This document shows positions 1 to 5,637 of a stretch of 6,091 nt of DNA, piece by piece. The notes beneath the pieces are model-generated. The model searched no databases. It was not told the origin of the DNA and worked only from the letters and a program-made list of their open reading frames with translations. The stretch is taken from the IMG/VR virus record IMGVR_UViG_3300020029_000014, positions 1-6,091 of that record; one strand, given 5' to 3'. Position 1 is the first letter of the stretch. The number at the start of each line of letters is the position of its first letter. The position numbers were made by a program, and so were the translations under genes. Origin of the DNA: a virus.

Positions 1-121
1 TAAATTATATAGCTATGACAGAAATTCACGTTGTTATTCGCCGGATCAACCCGGCTCTCAAAATCGATCTTGTCCAGGTAGGGTGCTTCAAAGATCGTCA
101 ATTCGAACCTCTTCCCTTTGA
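1..121. repeat. Terminal redundancy, copy 1 (identical to 5971-6091). This is the signature of a circular genome linearised by assembly.
   Basis: Base-by-base comparison shows the first 121 nt (taaattatatagctatgacagaaattcacg ... cttccctttga) recur exactly at 5971-6091. The offset is 5970 nt. Confidence 0.97.
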
Positions 122-338
122 CGTTATTGCGGATTCTCCTATTGCACCCTATCTAAAGAGTTCGCATATTAGCGATTCTCTTTACGTCGTTCACTCGGAA
201 GTCTGTAACCTTATTAGCGCTTGTGGAAGTCTCCCTGGCTTTGGTGTTGAGTTCTTTGACAATACGATCGTCCTCATGTTTAATTTCGAACTTAATTGCG
301 ATGAAAGCGCGGCGAAAGAAAAAGGGAAAGGGAACTAA
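15..338 (+). CDS. Hypothetical protein, 107 aa, net acidic, 5 Cys. No domain recognised.
   Basis: It is the only long ORF on either strand in 1-340. The ATG lies 11 nt after the stop of the 5638-5973 ORF once the genome is circularised. It is on the same strand as all core genes. T-ending codon bias is weaker than in the core genes. Confidence 0.6.
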   Translation: MTEIHVVIRRINPALKIDLVQVGCFKDRQFEPLPFDVIADSPIAPYLKSSHISDSLYVVHSEVCNLISACGSLPGFGVEFFDNTIVLMFNFELNCDESAAKEKGKGN

Positions 339-366
339 AGTAGTAACCCGTCCGCTCGGTGGAAGA

Positions 367-383
367 GTTCTTTAATTTATTTG
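367..383 (+). repeat. AT-rich motif GTTCTTTAATTT-ATTTG, copy 1. It recurs at 3980-3997 with one extra T.
   Basis: gttctttaattt (367-378) is identical to 3980-3991. The following atttg (379-383) matches 3993-3997. Both copies lie in the two large intergenic gaps. Confidence 0.55.
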
Positions 384-447
384 AACCCCAGGGGACAGCC
401 AAAGGCTGTGGTCACCGCGAAGCGGTAAGGTACCTCCCCTGTGGGTT
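384..447 (+). other. GC-rich multi-branched stem-loop element in an intergenic gap. Candidate ssDNA complementary-strand origin/priming site, or transcript attenuator.
   Basis: Outer helix: 384-388/443-447 plus 389-394/436-441, with T442 bulged. Hairpin 1: acagcc-aaa-ggctgt (395-409, 6 bp). Hairpin 2: accgc-gaa-gcggt (414-426, 5 bp). By hand count about 40 of 64 nt are G/C, in an otherwise AT/T-rich genome. Confidence 0.55.
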
Positions 448-477
448 CTTCCATATAACCCGTAAATACTCTTTTTT

Positions 478-681
478 ATGGATTGGTCTGACGAATTTCG
501 CCCTCGTTTTTCACCTGTTGTTGAATCTATTCCGTATCGCTGGTCTGTTGGCGTCTACCGTGGTAAGAAGCGTGTGGTCATTGCCTGGTTTTCAGACGAG
601 GCTTCCGCTTCTGATTACTGCTGTCGCTGTCGCCTTGATCGTCCTCATGTAAAGTTTGATTATCTTCAATCTATCTTCTGA
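478..681 (+). CDS. Hypothetical small protein, 67 aa, probably translationally coupled to Rep.
   Basis: Strong T-ending codon bias like the core genes. Its TGA stop (679-681) shares A681 with the Rep ATG (681-683), giving a TGATG overlap. The competing ORF 359-652 is in the +1 shadow frame. Confidence 0.65.
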   Translation: MDWSDEFRPRFSPVVESIPYRWSVGVYRGKKRVVIAWFSDEASASDYCCRCRLDRPHVKFDYLQSIF

Positions 682-1751
682 TGCCTTGCTCTTCGCCTAT
701 ATGGATACGTAACCGACGCTATTTCGATAAAAAAAACCCTTGTCGAAACGGCTCTGATGTTGCTAAATCTGCTTTGGCTCTTCGTCCTTGGGATATCGCT
801 CGGCAGTGGTTGATGGTTCCTTGCGGCAAGTGTGAGGATTGTCTTCGTCGTCAGCGCAATGACTGGTTTGTGCGTCTTGAGCGCGAGTTGGCTCGCTGTA
901 AGGCTGAATCTAAACAGTCTATTTTTATTACTATTACTATTTCTCCTAAGTATTACAATGATGCTCTTGTTAATCCCTCTTCTTTTATTCGTCGTTTTAA
1001 TGAGCGTTTGCGTCACCGCCTCGGTCATTCTTTTAAGCATGCGTTCTTTCAAGAGTTTGGCACGCATCCAGAAGCTGGTTCAGAACCTCGTCTTCATTTC
1101 CATGGTTTCCTCTTTGGTACTGATGCTCTTTACAATGATATCCGTTCCGCTGTTCGTGATTTAGGCTTTGTTTGGCTTTCCAAAGCCTCCCTTAAACGCG
1201 CTCGTTATTGTGTTAAATATGTCACTAAACAAATTCAGTTTAACCCCGAGGATGTCTCGGATAAATTTGTTACTTTAAATGGGAAACTTACGCCTTTATC
1301 TACTCTCCTCCAACATCGCCGTTATACGCGAAAATTCATATCTGCTGGCGTTGGTGATTTTCTTGGTTATATGCCTCGCCCTTCTGCCCGTACTTCGTCG
1401 TGGTCTTATTTTGATTTTAAGACTGGCGTCAATTATAACTACTCGATTCCTCGATACTACGCTAAATACCTTAAACCGGAGGACGAAGTTGTTAAGTCGA
1501 TTACTGCCGCTGATAGCTATGCACGTTTTAGCAAGTCTCCTTTGGTTCGCCGTATTTTGTCTTTGTGCGTTGAATGGTTCGGCCTCAATTCCGCCGTATC
1601 CGGTAGAGCTTCGTATTCGTGGGAGCAAAAGCAAATGATGCGGTTTGCTGCTTCTTCTCGTAAGATGCCTGATTTTGATCCTCCTACTTGGCTAGATTTG
1701 GATATTCTTCGTTTTTGGAGAGATCATTATAAACTTCAACTAATTACTTAA
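681..1751 (+). CDS. VP4: Rolling-circle replication initiation protein (Microviridae VP4 / gene A-like HUH endonuclease), 356 aa.
   Basis: N-terminus MPCSSP and PCGKCEDCLRRQRNDW match the Microviridae Rep pattern. Motif 1 is IFITITIS. The HUH motif is LHFHGFLF (H139-F-H141, nt 1095-1103). The two-tyrosine catalytic motif is YCVKYVTK (Y176 at nt 1206-1208, Y180 at nt 1218-1220). Confidence 0.93.
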   Translation: MPCSSPIWIRNRRYFDKKNPCRNGSDVAKSALALRPWDIARQWLMVPCGKCEDCLRRQRNDWFVRLERELARCKAESKQSIFITITISPKYYNDALVNPSSFIRRFNERLRHRLGHSFKHAFFQEFGTHPEAGSEPRLHFHGFLFGTDALYNDIRSAVRDLGFVWLSKASLKRARYCVKYVTKQIQFNPEDVSDKFVTLNGKLTPLSTLLQHRRYTRKFISAGVGDFLGYMPRPSARTSSWSYFDFKTGVNYNYSIPRYYAKYLKPEDEVVKSITAADSYARFSKSPLVRRILSLCVEWFGLNSAVSGRASYSWEQKQMMRFAASSRKMPDFDPPTWLDLDILRFWRDHYKLQLIT

Positions 1752-1754
1752 TTT

Positions 1755-3557
1755 ATGGGAAAACAACCTTTTATCTCACATGTAGTAAACGGCTATTCTC
1801 GTTATGATGTCCCTGAGAGTAAGGCCTTTACATGTACACCGGGTATTTTGTATCCGGTGCGTATCGATTTTATTAATGCTCGTGATCGTGTATCTATCGA
1901 GCAAGGCATTGATGTTCGAAGTAACCCCCTTGCCGTTCCGACGTTTAATCCTTACACTATTCGTTTGCATCGTTTCTGGGTGCCGCTTCAGTTGTATCAT
2001 CCTGAGCTTCGGACAAATAGTAGTAAGTTCGATATGAACAATTTGAGTTTGAATTGGATAACTGCGCTTGTTGGTACATCGGGTACAACTACGCCTAATT
2101 CGGCGTTAGGCGTTTCACGTGCTTTTACTAATTCGTTGATGGCCTGGCTTCGTGTTTCTAATAAAACATCTCTTCAGCTTTCTAATCAACCTCCTTACAC
2201 TGCAAGTCTTTCGAGTGGTTCGGCTATTAATCAATGGGCGAATGCTGATACGTATTTAGCTTATTGGGATATCGTTCGTAATTACTATAGTTATTCGCAG
2301 TGGTCTTTATATTCTGTTGCTTGGCCTGCTTCTTGGTCTATTCTCGACGGTTCTTATGTATATAACTCTCGTCGTTCTTTTTTTAAGCAGGAATTCGCTA
2401 ATCTTGAGTTTCTTGATGCTTATTTCGAAAGTCAGTTTTACCCCTCGGCCGTAGATTCGACTAATAATACGTTTAATAGAGGTAACTTATTTTTTCAGAT
2501 AATTAATTCTCAACTTCCCTCTGGCGGTGATCAAGATGGTTATCCTGTTTCTACTACTCTTCCTTCGGGTGCTAATATTGTTACTGGCAATGGTCCTGAC
2601 GGTCAGTTTTCTGTAGCCAGTGGAGAACACTCTGTTTCTTCGATTTCTGCGTTTTTGTTCGCTCACCCTATGGCTGTCGTTCCGTCGAATCCCGATCGAT
2701 TTAGTCGTCTTATTCCTACAGGTTCTTCGTCTGCCGTTTCCATGACTGGCGTCAATACGATTCCGCAGTTGGCTATTGCGTCGCGTCTTCAGGAGTACAA
2801 GGATTTGCTCGGTGCCGGAGGTAGTCGGTATAGCGACTGGCTTGAAACGTTCTTTGCTTCGAAAATCGAACATGTTGATCGCCCTAAGCTCCTTTTCAGT
2901 GCTTCGCAGACGGTTAATGTTCAAGTTGTTATGAATCAGGCTGGTGCTAATAATCTTCAAGGTAGTGAATATGGTACTCCTCCGCTTGGTCAGCAGGGTG
3001 GTTCGATTGCTTTCAATACTAGGCTCGGTCGCCGTCAGTCTTATTACTTTCGTGAACCTGGCTACATGATCGACATGTTGAGTATTCGTCCTGTCTATTA
3101 TTGGAGCGGTGTTACCCCCGATTATTTGAATTATCAAGGTTCCGATTATTTCAATCCTATTTATAACGATATTGGTTATCAGGATGTCCCTGCGGCTCGA
3201 CTTTTTAGCAATGCGGCTGGTTCGGATCTTGGTCTTGCTGTTGCTTATGAACCGTGTTTTAACGAATTTCGATCTTCTTATGATGAGGTTTTGGGCGTAT
3301 TATCGTCTTATCCTACTCAGAGTGTTTCCGGTGATATACCTCTTTATTCTTATTGGGTGCAGCAAAGGTCTTTAGGTTTTTCTTATGTAGGTTCGGCTGC
3401 GGCTAATTATTATCCTGCGCTTTTTGTAGATATGTCACAGGTAAATTCTCCGTTTGTGTCTGACACGGAAGATAATTTCTTCGTAAACCTGTCTTATGCT
3501 GTTCAGAAGAAGAATCTTGTTAATAAAACTTTTGCTACTCGTTTGTCTAATCGTTAA
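1755..3557 (+). CDS. VP1: Major capsid protein (Microviridae VP1 / F-like), 600 aa.
   Basis: Family-typical blocks are present: TPGILYPV...IRLHRFWVPLQLY near the N-terminus, AYWDIVRNYY, LLGAGGSRYSDWLETFF, EPGYMIDMLSIRP and EPCFNEFRSSYDEVLG. It is the largest ORF, has strong T-ending codon bias, and starts 3 nt after the Rep stop. Confidence 0.95.
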   Translation: MGKQPFISHVVNGYSRYDVPESKAFTCTPGILYPVRIDFINARDRVSIEQGIDVRSNPLAVPTFNPYTIRLHRFWVPLQLYHPELRTNSSKFDMNNLSLNWITALVGTSGTTTPNSALGVSRAFTNSLMAWLRVSNKTSLQLSNQPPYTASLSSGSAINQWANADTYLAYWDIVRNYYSYSQWSLYSVAWPASWSILDGSYVYNSRRSFFKQEFANLEFLDAYFESQFYPSAVDSTNNTFNRGNLFFQIINSQLPSGGDQDGYPVSTTLPSGANIVTGNGPDGQFSVASGEHSVSSISAFLFAHPMAVVPSNPDRFSRLIPTGSSSAVSMTGVNTIPQLAIASRLQEYKDLLGAGGSRYSDWLETFFASKIEHVDRPKLLFSASQTVNVQVVMNQAGANNLQGSEYGTPPLGQQGGSIAFNTRLGRRQSYYFREPGYMIDMLSIRPVYYWSGVTPDYLNYQGSDYFNPIYNDIGYQDVPAARLFSNAAGSDLGLAVAYEPCFNEFRSSYDEVLGVLSSYPTQSVSGDIPLYSYWVQQRSLGFSYVGSAAANYYPALFVDMSQVNSPFVSDTEDNFFVNLSYAVQKKNLVNKTFATRLSNR

Positions 3558-3569
3558 TATCTTGATTTT

Positions 3570-3866
3570 ATGGCACTTGAATGGTTGATGGAGGATTCTC
3601 CTGCATATGTTTCTCGAGGTCAGCGCATTCTTTCTGTTCTCGACGGCTCTGGGTCTGTTGACGTTCTTCCTGGTCGTCCTGACGTAGAAGCGTCTTCGTC
3701 TGATTTTGATAAGGGCGAGAAGTTTAATCCCGATATTGATTTCGATCCTAATTCGTATTCTCGTATGGATAAATTCGACGGTCTCGAGGTCGGTCAAGAA
3801 CTTATTGATTCAGAGTTGGATAGATCGAACTCTACTTCTAAATCTGCCGATTCTGAAGAAAAATAG
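3570..3866 (+). CDS. Hypothetical highly acidic, Ser/Asp-rich protein, 98 aa. Possible scaffolding/assembly factor, judged by position only.
   Basis: The ATG is 12 nt after the VP1 stop. T-ending codon bias matches the core genes. The protein is rich in D/E/S (for example DFDKGEKFNPDIDFDPNSY). No recognisable VP3 motif. Confidence 0.65.
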   Translation: MALEWLMEDSPAYVSRGQRILSVLDGSGSVDVLPGRPDVEASSSDFDKGEKFNPDIDFDPNSYSRMDKFDGLEVGQELIDSELDRSNSTSKSADSEEK

Positions 3867-3895
3867 TTCTTTCTTTACTTGACGATATATGCTAC

Positions 3896-3970
3896 GTGCG
3901 CGGACCCCTCTAAGCAGGATGCTTGAATGGTTAGAGGTTATTGGTAGCAACTGCAGGAGCGGCCGCGCAT
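3896..3970 (+). other. Second GC-rich structured intergenic element followed by a T-run. Candidate attenuator/terminator or ssDNA structural signal.
   Basis: Outer helix: gtgcgcgg (3896-3903) pairs with ccgcgcat (3963-3970), 7 Watson-Crick pairs plus one G:T. Inner hairpin: cctctaa (3907-3913) pairs with ttagagg (3931-3937). An alternative inner hairpin is aagca-gga-tgctt (3912-3924). It is followed directly by ttttct (3971-3976). Codon usage across it is unlike that of the genes. Confidence 0.4.
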
Positions 3971-3979
3971 TTTTCTATC

Positions 3980-3997
3980 GTTCTTTAATTTTATTTG
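3980..3997 (+). repeat. AT-rich motif GTTCTTTAATTTTATTTG, copy 2. It ends 2 nt upstream of the ATG at 4000.
   Basis: It shares 12 identical nt plus a 5-nt extension with 367-383 (see that feature). Confidence 0.55.
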
Positions 3998-3999
3998 CT

Positions 4000-4191
4000 A
4001 TGTCTGACATTAAACAGCCTTTTTATAAGTCGAAAGCGTTTTGGACACTTGTTTCATCCATTATTGCTGCTCTCTCGGCTTTTTTCCTTGCTTCGTGTTC
4101 CGCACAGGCTAAAGTCTATCGCACTGGTGTTCATATTGACACAGTTCGTGTAGATTACATTATTCGGTCTAATAATTTTTCTCTTCCGTAG
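4000..4191 (+). CDS. Small predicted lipoprotein / membrane protein, 63 aa. The track ORF starts at 3889, but an ATG-4000 start is preferred.
   Basis: MSDIKQPFYKSKAFW forms a basic n-region, TLVSSIIAALSAFF a hydrophobic core, and L-A-S-C a lipobox (nt 4087-4098, Cys codon 4096-4098). The predicted mature peptide is about 31 aa. T-ending codon bias begins at 4000, whereas 3889-3999 is GC-rich, structured and lacks that bias. The stop is 1 nt before the VP2 ATG. Confidence 0.55.
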   Translation: MSDIKQPFYKSKAFWTLVSSIIAALSAFFLASCSAQAKVYRTGVHIDTVRVDYIIRSNNFSLP

Positions 4192-4192
4192 T

Positions 4193-5557
4193 ATGAGGCT
4201 TATTGATTTTAAGAGTTACGTTGAGCCTGTTTCTACGGGCGCAATACTCGGTGCCGCAGGTATTTCGGCCGGCGGACAGGTTGCTTCAGGTCTTTTTAAG
4301 CCCTCGCTCAGGAGGCAGTGGAAATACTATCAGAAGCAGATGCGACTTCAACAGCAGTACGCTTTAGAGCAAATGCAGAAGCAGGGTGAGATTAATTATG
4401 CTAACTGGCAGAAGCAGTTTGATTACGAGAATGCATACAATGATCCATCTAAGGTTTTTGATCGATATTTGAAAGCTGGCGTTACGCCTGCTGCTGTTCT
4501 CGGCTCTTCGGGTGTTGGCGTTAATGCCACAATGTCGGGTGGCTCTTCCGGTTCTGTAGGTGCATCTGGTCCTTACGGTGGTTCTTTTGACTTTTCTAGT
4601 CCGTTGCCGCCAGGCGTTGGCGCTACCGCTGCTGGGACTGCTCTTGATGCTATGAGTATTAATTCTGGTATTGAACGTAATAAGGCTGCCGCCAATCGTG
4701 ATGATGCTGAGGCTGCGAATATCCGCAGTAATACCTTTGAGCCTGATTTTAACAGAGCCCGTGCTGAGGCTTCCAAGGCTGTAGATGAAGCCCTGGCTAA
4801 TAAGGAGATCGAGGCCGCTGCGGCCCTTAAATCTGAGCGTCTTTTGAATGATCTCAATAATACATTACTTTCTCTTACGATGGATTCTCGTGTTGAAGAA
4901 AGCAAAGCGCTTGCTGATTCAGCTAAAGAGGAGTTGCGGCAGTTGCGTGTTCAGGGTACTCGGATCGAACGTATGGTTGATGCTCGTATTCTCGTTCTTG
5001 AAACGCAGGGTGCTCTCAACGAAGCTCTTTCTGGTCTCGCTTCTGCTAACGAGGCGGGACAGCGTATTAATAATCTTGATTTAGCGAATGAGCTATCTCG
5101 TCAGTGGGATAAGCGCTTTGACGTTGAAATTCCTAATCCCGCTTACGATGCAAATTTACGTTCTAGGAATCCTGTTCAGCGTGCTAATCCAGGTCCGAAG
5201 TCCTTTAAAGTTTCGATGTCTCTTAAGGATTTTTATGATAAGACGGCGGTTAATCAGGCTAATGCCTCCGAGTTTCTTCCTGAGCAGGCTCGCGTGGCAC
5301 TTCGTAACGCTAAGCTTGATCCCTACATTGAGATCGGTAAGGCTCTTGTCGGCGTGGCTGGTAATCTTGGTGGTGCCGCTCTTGTTCGTGGCGGTATTTC
5401 GGCCGCTTCTAAAGGTTTTGCTCAGACTTCCACTGGAGGCTCGTCGTCTTCGTCTCGTACTATCGTATACGATGGTCACGGTAATGTTAAAGGCTATGTG
5501 ATGAAAGAGATGTCTGGTGAATCTCATGATGCATCCTCTCGTCGTAACCGATATTGA
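4193..5557 (+). CDS. VP2: DNA pilot / minor capsid protein (Microviridae VP2 / H-like), 454 aa.
   Basis: There is an N-terminal Gly/Ala-rich hydrophobic segment (STGAILGAAGISAGGQVASGLF). A Q-rich helix follows, then ENAYNDPSKVFDRYLKAGVTPAAVLG (nt 4427-4504), which resembles the conserved pilot-protein block (N-x-A-x-x-...-K-x-A-G-h-x-P-x-h-h-h-G). After a Gly/Ser linker comes a long Ala/Glu/Leu-rich, coiled-coil-like region. Confidence 0.8.
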   Translation: MRLIDFKSYVEPVSTGAILGAAGISAGGQVASGLFKPSLRRQWKYYQKQMRLQQQYALEQMQKQGEINYANWQKQFDYENAYNDPSKVFDRYLKAGVTPAAVLGSSGVGVNATMSGGSSGSVGASGPYGGSFDFSSPLPPGVGATAAGTALDAMSINSGIERNKAAANRDDAEAANIRSNTFEPDFNRARAEASKAVDEALANKEIEAAAALKSERLLNDLNNTLLSLTMDSRVEESKALADSAKEELRQLRVQGTRIERMVDARILVLETQGALNEALSGLASANEAGQRINNLDLANELSRQWDKRFDVEIPNPAYDANLRSRNPVQRANPGPKSFKVSMSLKDFYDKTAVNQANASEFLPEQARVALRNAKLDPYIEIGKALVGVAGNLGGAALVRGGISAASKGFAQTSTGGSSSSSRTIVYDGHGNVKGYVMKEMSGESHDASSRRNRY

Positions 5558-5589
5558 ACAATTTTGTTCTTGTTTTGAACTTGATGTTC
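5556..5589 (+). promoter_or_regulatory. Alternating GAAC/GTTC array with a phiX174-ori-like core. Candidate Rep recognition/nick site (viral-strand origin).
   Basis: GAAC starts at 5556, GTTC at 5566, GAAC at 5577 and GTTC at 5586, a spacing of 9-11 nt. GAAC-ttgat-GTTC (5577-5589) is a small hairpin. AACTTGATGTT (5578-5588) matches AACTTGATATT of the phiX174 origin at 10 of 11 positions. Confidence 0.25.
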
Positions 5590-5611
5590 GCTTTGCTTTG
5601 TTGTATTTTTG
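5581..5611 (+). promoter_or_regulatory. Candidate Bacteroides-type promoter: -33 TTG and -7 TAnnTTTG.
   Basis: TATTTTTG at 5604-5611 fits TAnnTTTG. A TTG at 5581-5583 lies 20 nt upstream. The next ATG (5638) is 27 nt downstream. The genome is T-rich, so a chance match is plausible. Confidence 0.25.
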
Positions 5612-5637
5612 TGGTGTAAACCAATAATCTTATTATC

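Noticed and set aside
384-447. The three-helix element as a self-cleaving ribozyme (hammerhead-like three-way junction).
   Set aside because: The junction strands (tggtc and aaggtacc) lack the conserved CUGAUGA and GAAA core nucleotides. I recognise no other ribozyme core.
359-652. A 97-aa ORF starting at GTG 359 and running through the GC-rich element and the 67-aa gene.
   Set aside because: It is in the same +1 shadow register relative to 478-681 and uses a non-ATG start. Its 5' part coincides with the structured non-coding element. The 478-681 frame carries the genome-typical T-ending codon bias.
729-736. An A8 homopolymer early in the Rep gene as a possible slippage or phase-variation site.
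   Set aside because: It simply encodes K-K-N. A shift into the +1 register meets a stop at 811-813, with no alternative product of note. There is no supporting evidence.
3951-3968. Adjacent PstI (ctgcag) and NotI (gcggccgc) sites, which could hint at cloning-vector or engineered sequence.
   Set aside because: The sites lie inside a GC-rich palindromic helix that explains them. The flanking sequence matches no polylinker I recognise beyond about 10 nt, and the rest of the contig is a coherent phage genome. This is most likely coincidence.
3896-3970. The 75-nt structured segment as a tRNA or tRNA-like gene.
   Set aside because: A 7-8 bp terminal helix exists. However, there is no D-arm pairing (cccc has no gggg partner), no GTTCGAATC-type T-loop, and no correctly placed anticodon arm.
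3962-3989. A possible XerC/XerD dif-like site (GCGCAT, as in the E. coli dif XerC arm) that might mediate Alpavirinae-style integration.
   Set aside because: Manual alignment to the 28-nt E. coli dif gives only about 14 of 28 matches, with a poor XerD arm. I do not have a reliable Bacteroidota dif consensus to compare against. The idea is worth a proper search but is unsupported here.
3889-3999. The ATG at 3889 as the true start of the 100-aa version of the lipoprotein ORF.
   Set aside because: The 37 extra codons (cta, gcg, cgg, agg, agc, ggc, cgc and others) lack the T-ending bias seen from 4000 onward. They coincide with the GC-rich stem structure. The extension would also bury the signal peptide internally. 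It is kept only as an alternative start.
832-5501. Six + strand ORFs nested inside the core genes: 832-1164, 1279-1638, 1804-2037, 3172-3375, 4848-5084 and 5088-5501. All are very hydrophobic and could be mistaken for phiX E-like overprinted lysis genes.
   Set aside because: Every one is in the +1 register relative to its host gene. The offsets are 151 and 598 from 681, 49 and 1417 from 1755, and 655 and 895 from 4193, and each equals 1 mod 3. The real frames favour NNT codons, so this register puts T at codon position 2. That yields F/L/I/V/M-rich products and suppresses stop codons. These are the expected compositional shadows, with no start-context support. An overprinted gene cannot be strictly excluded without comparative data.
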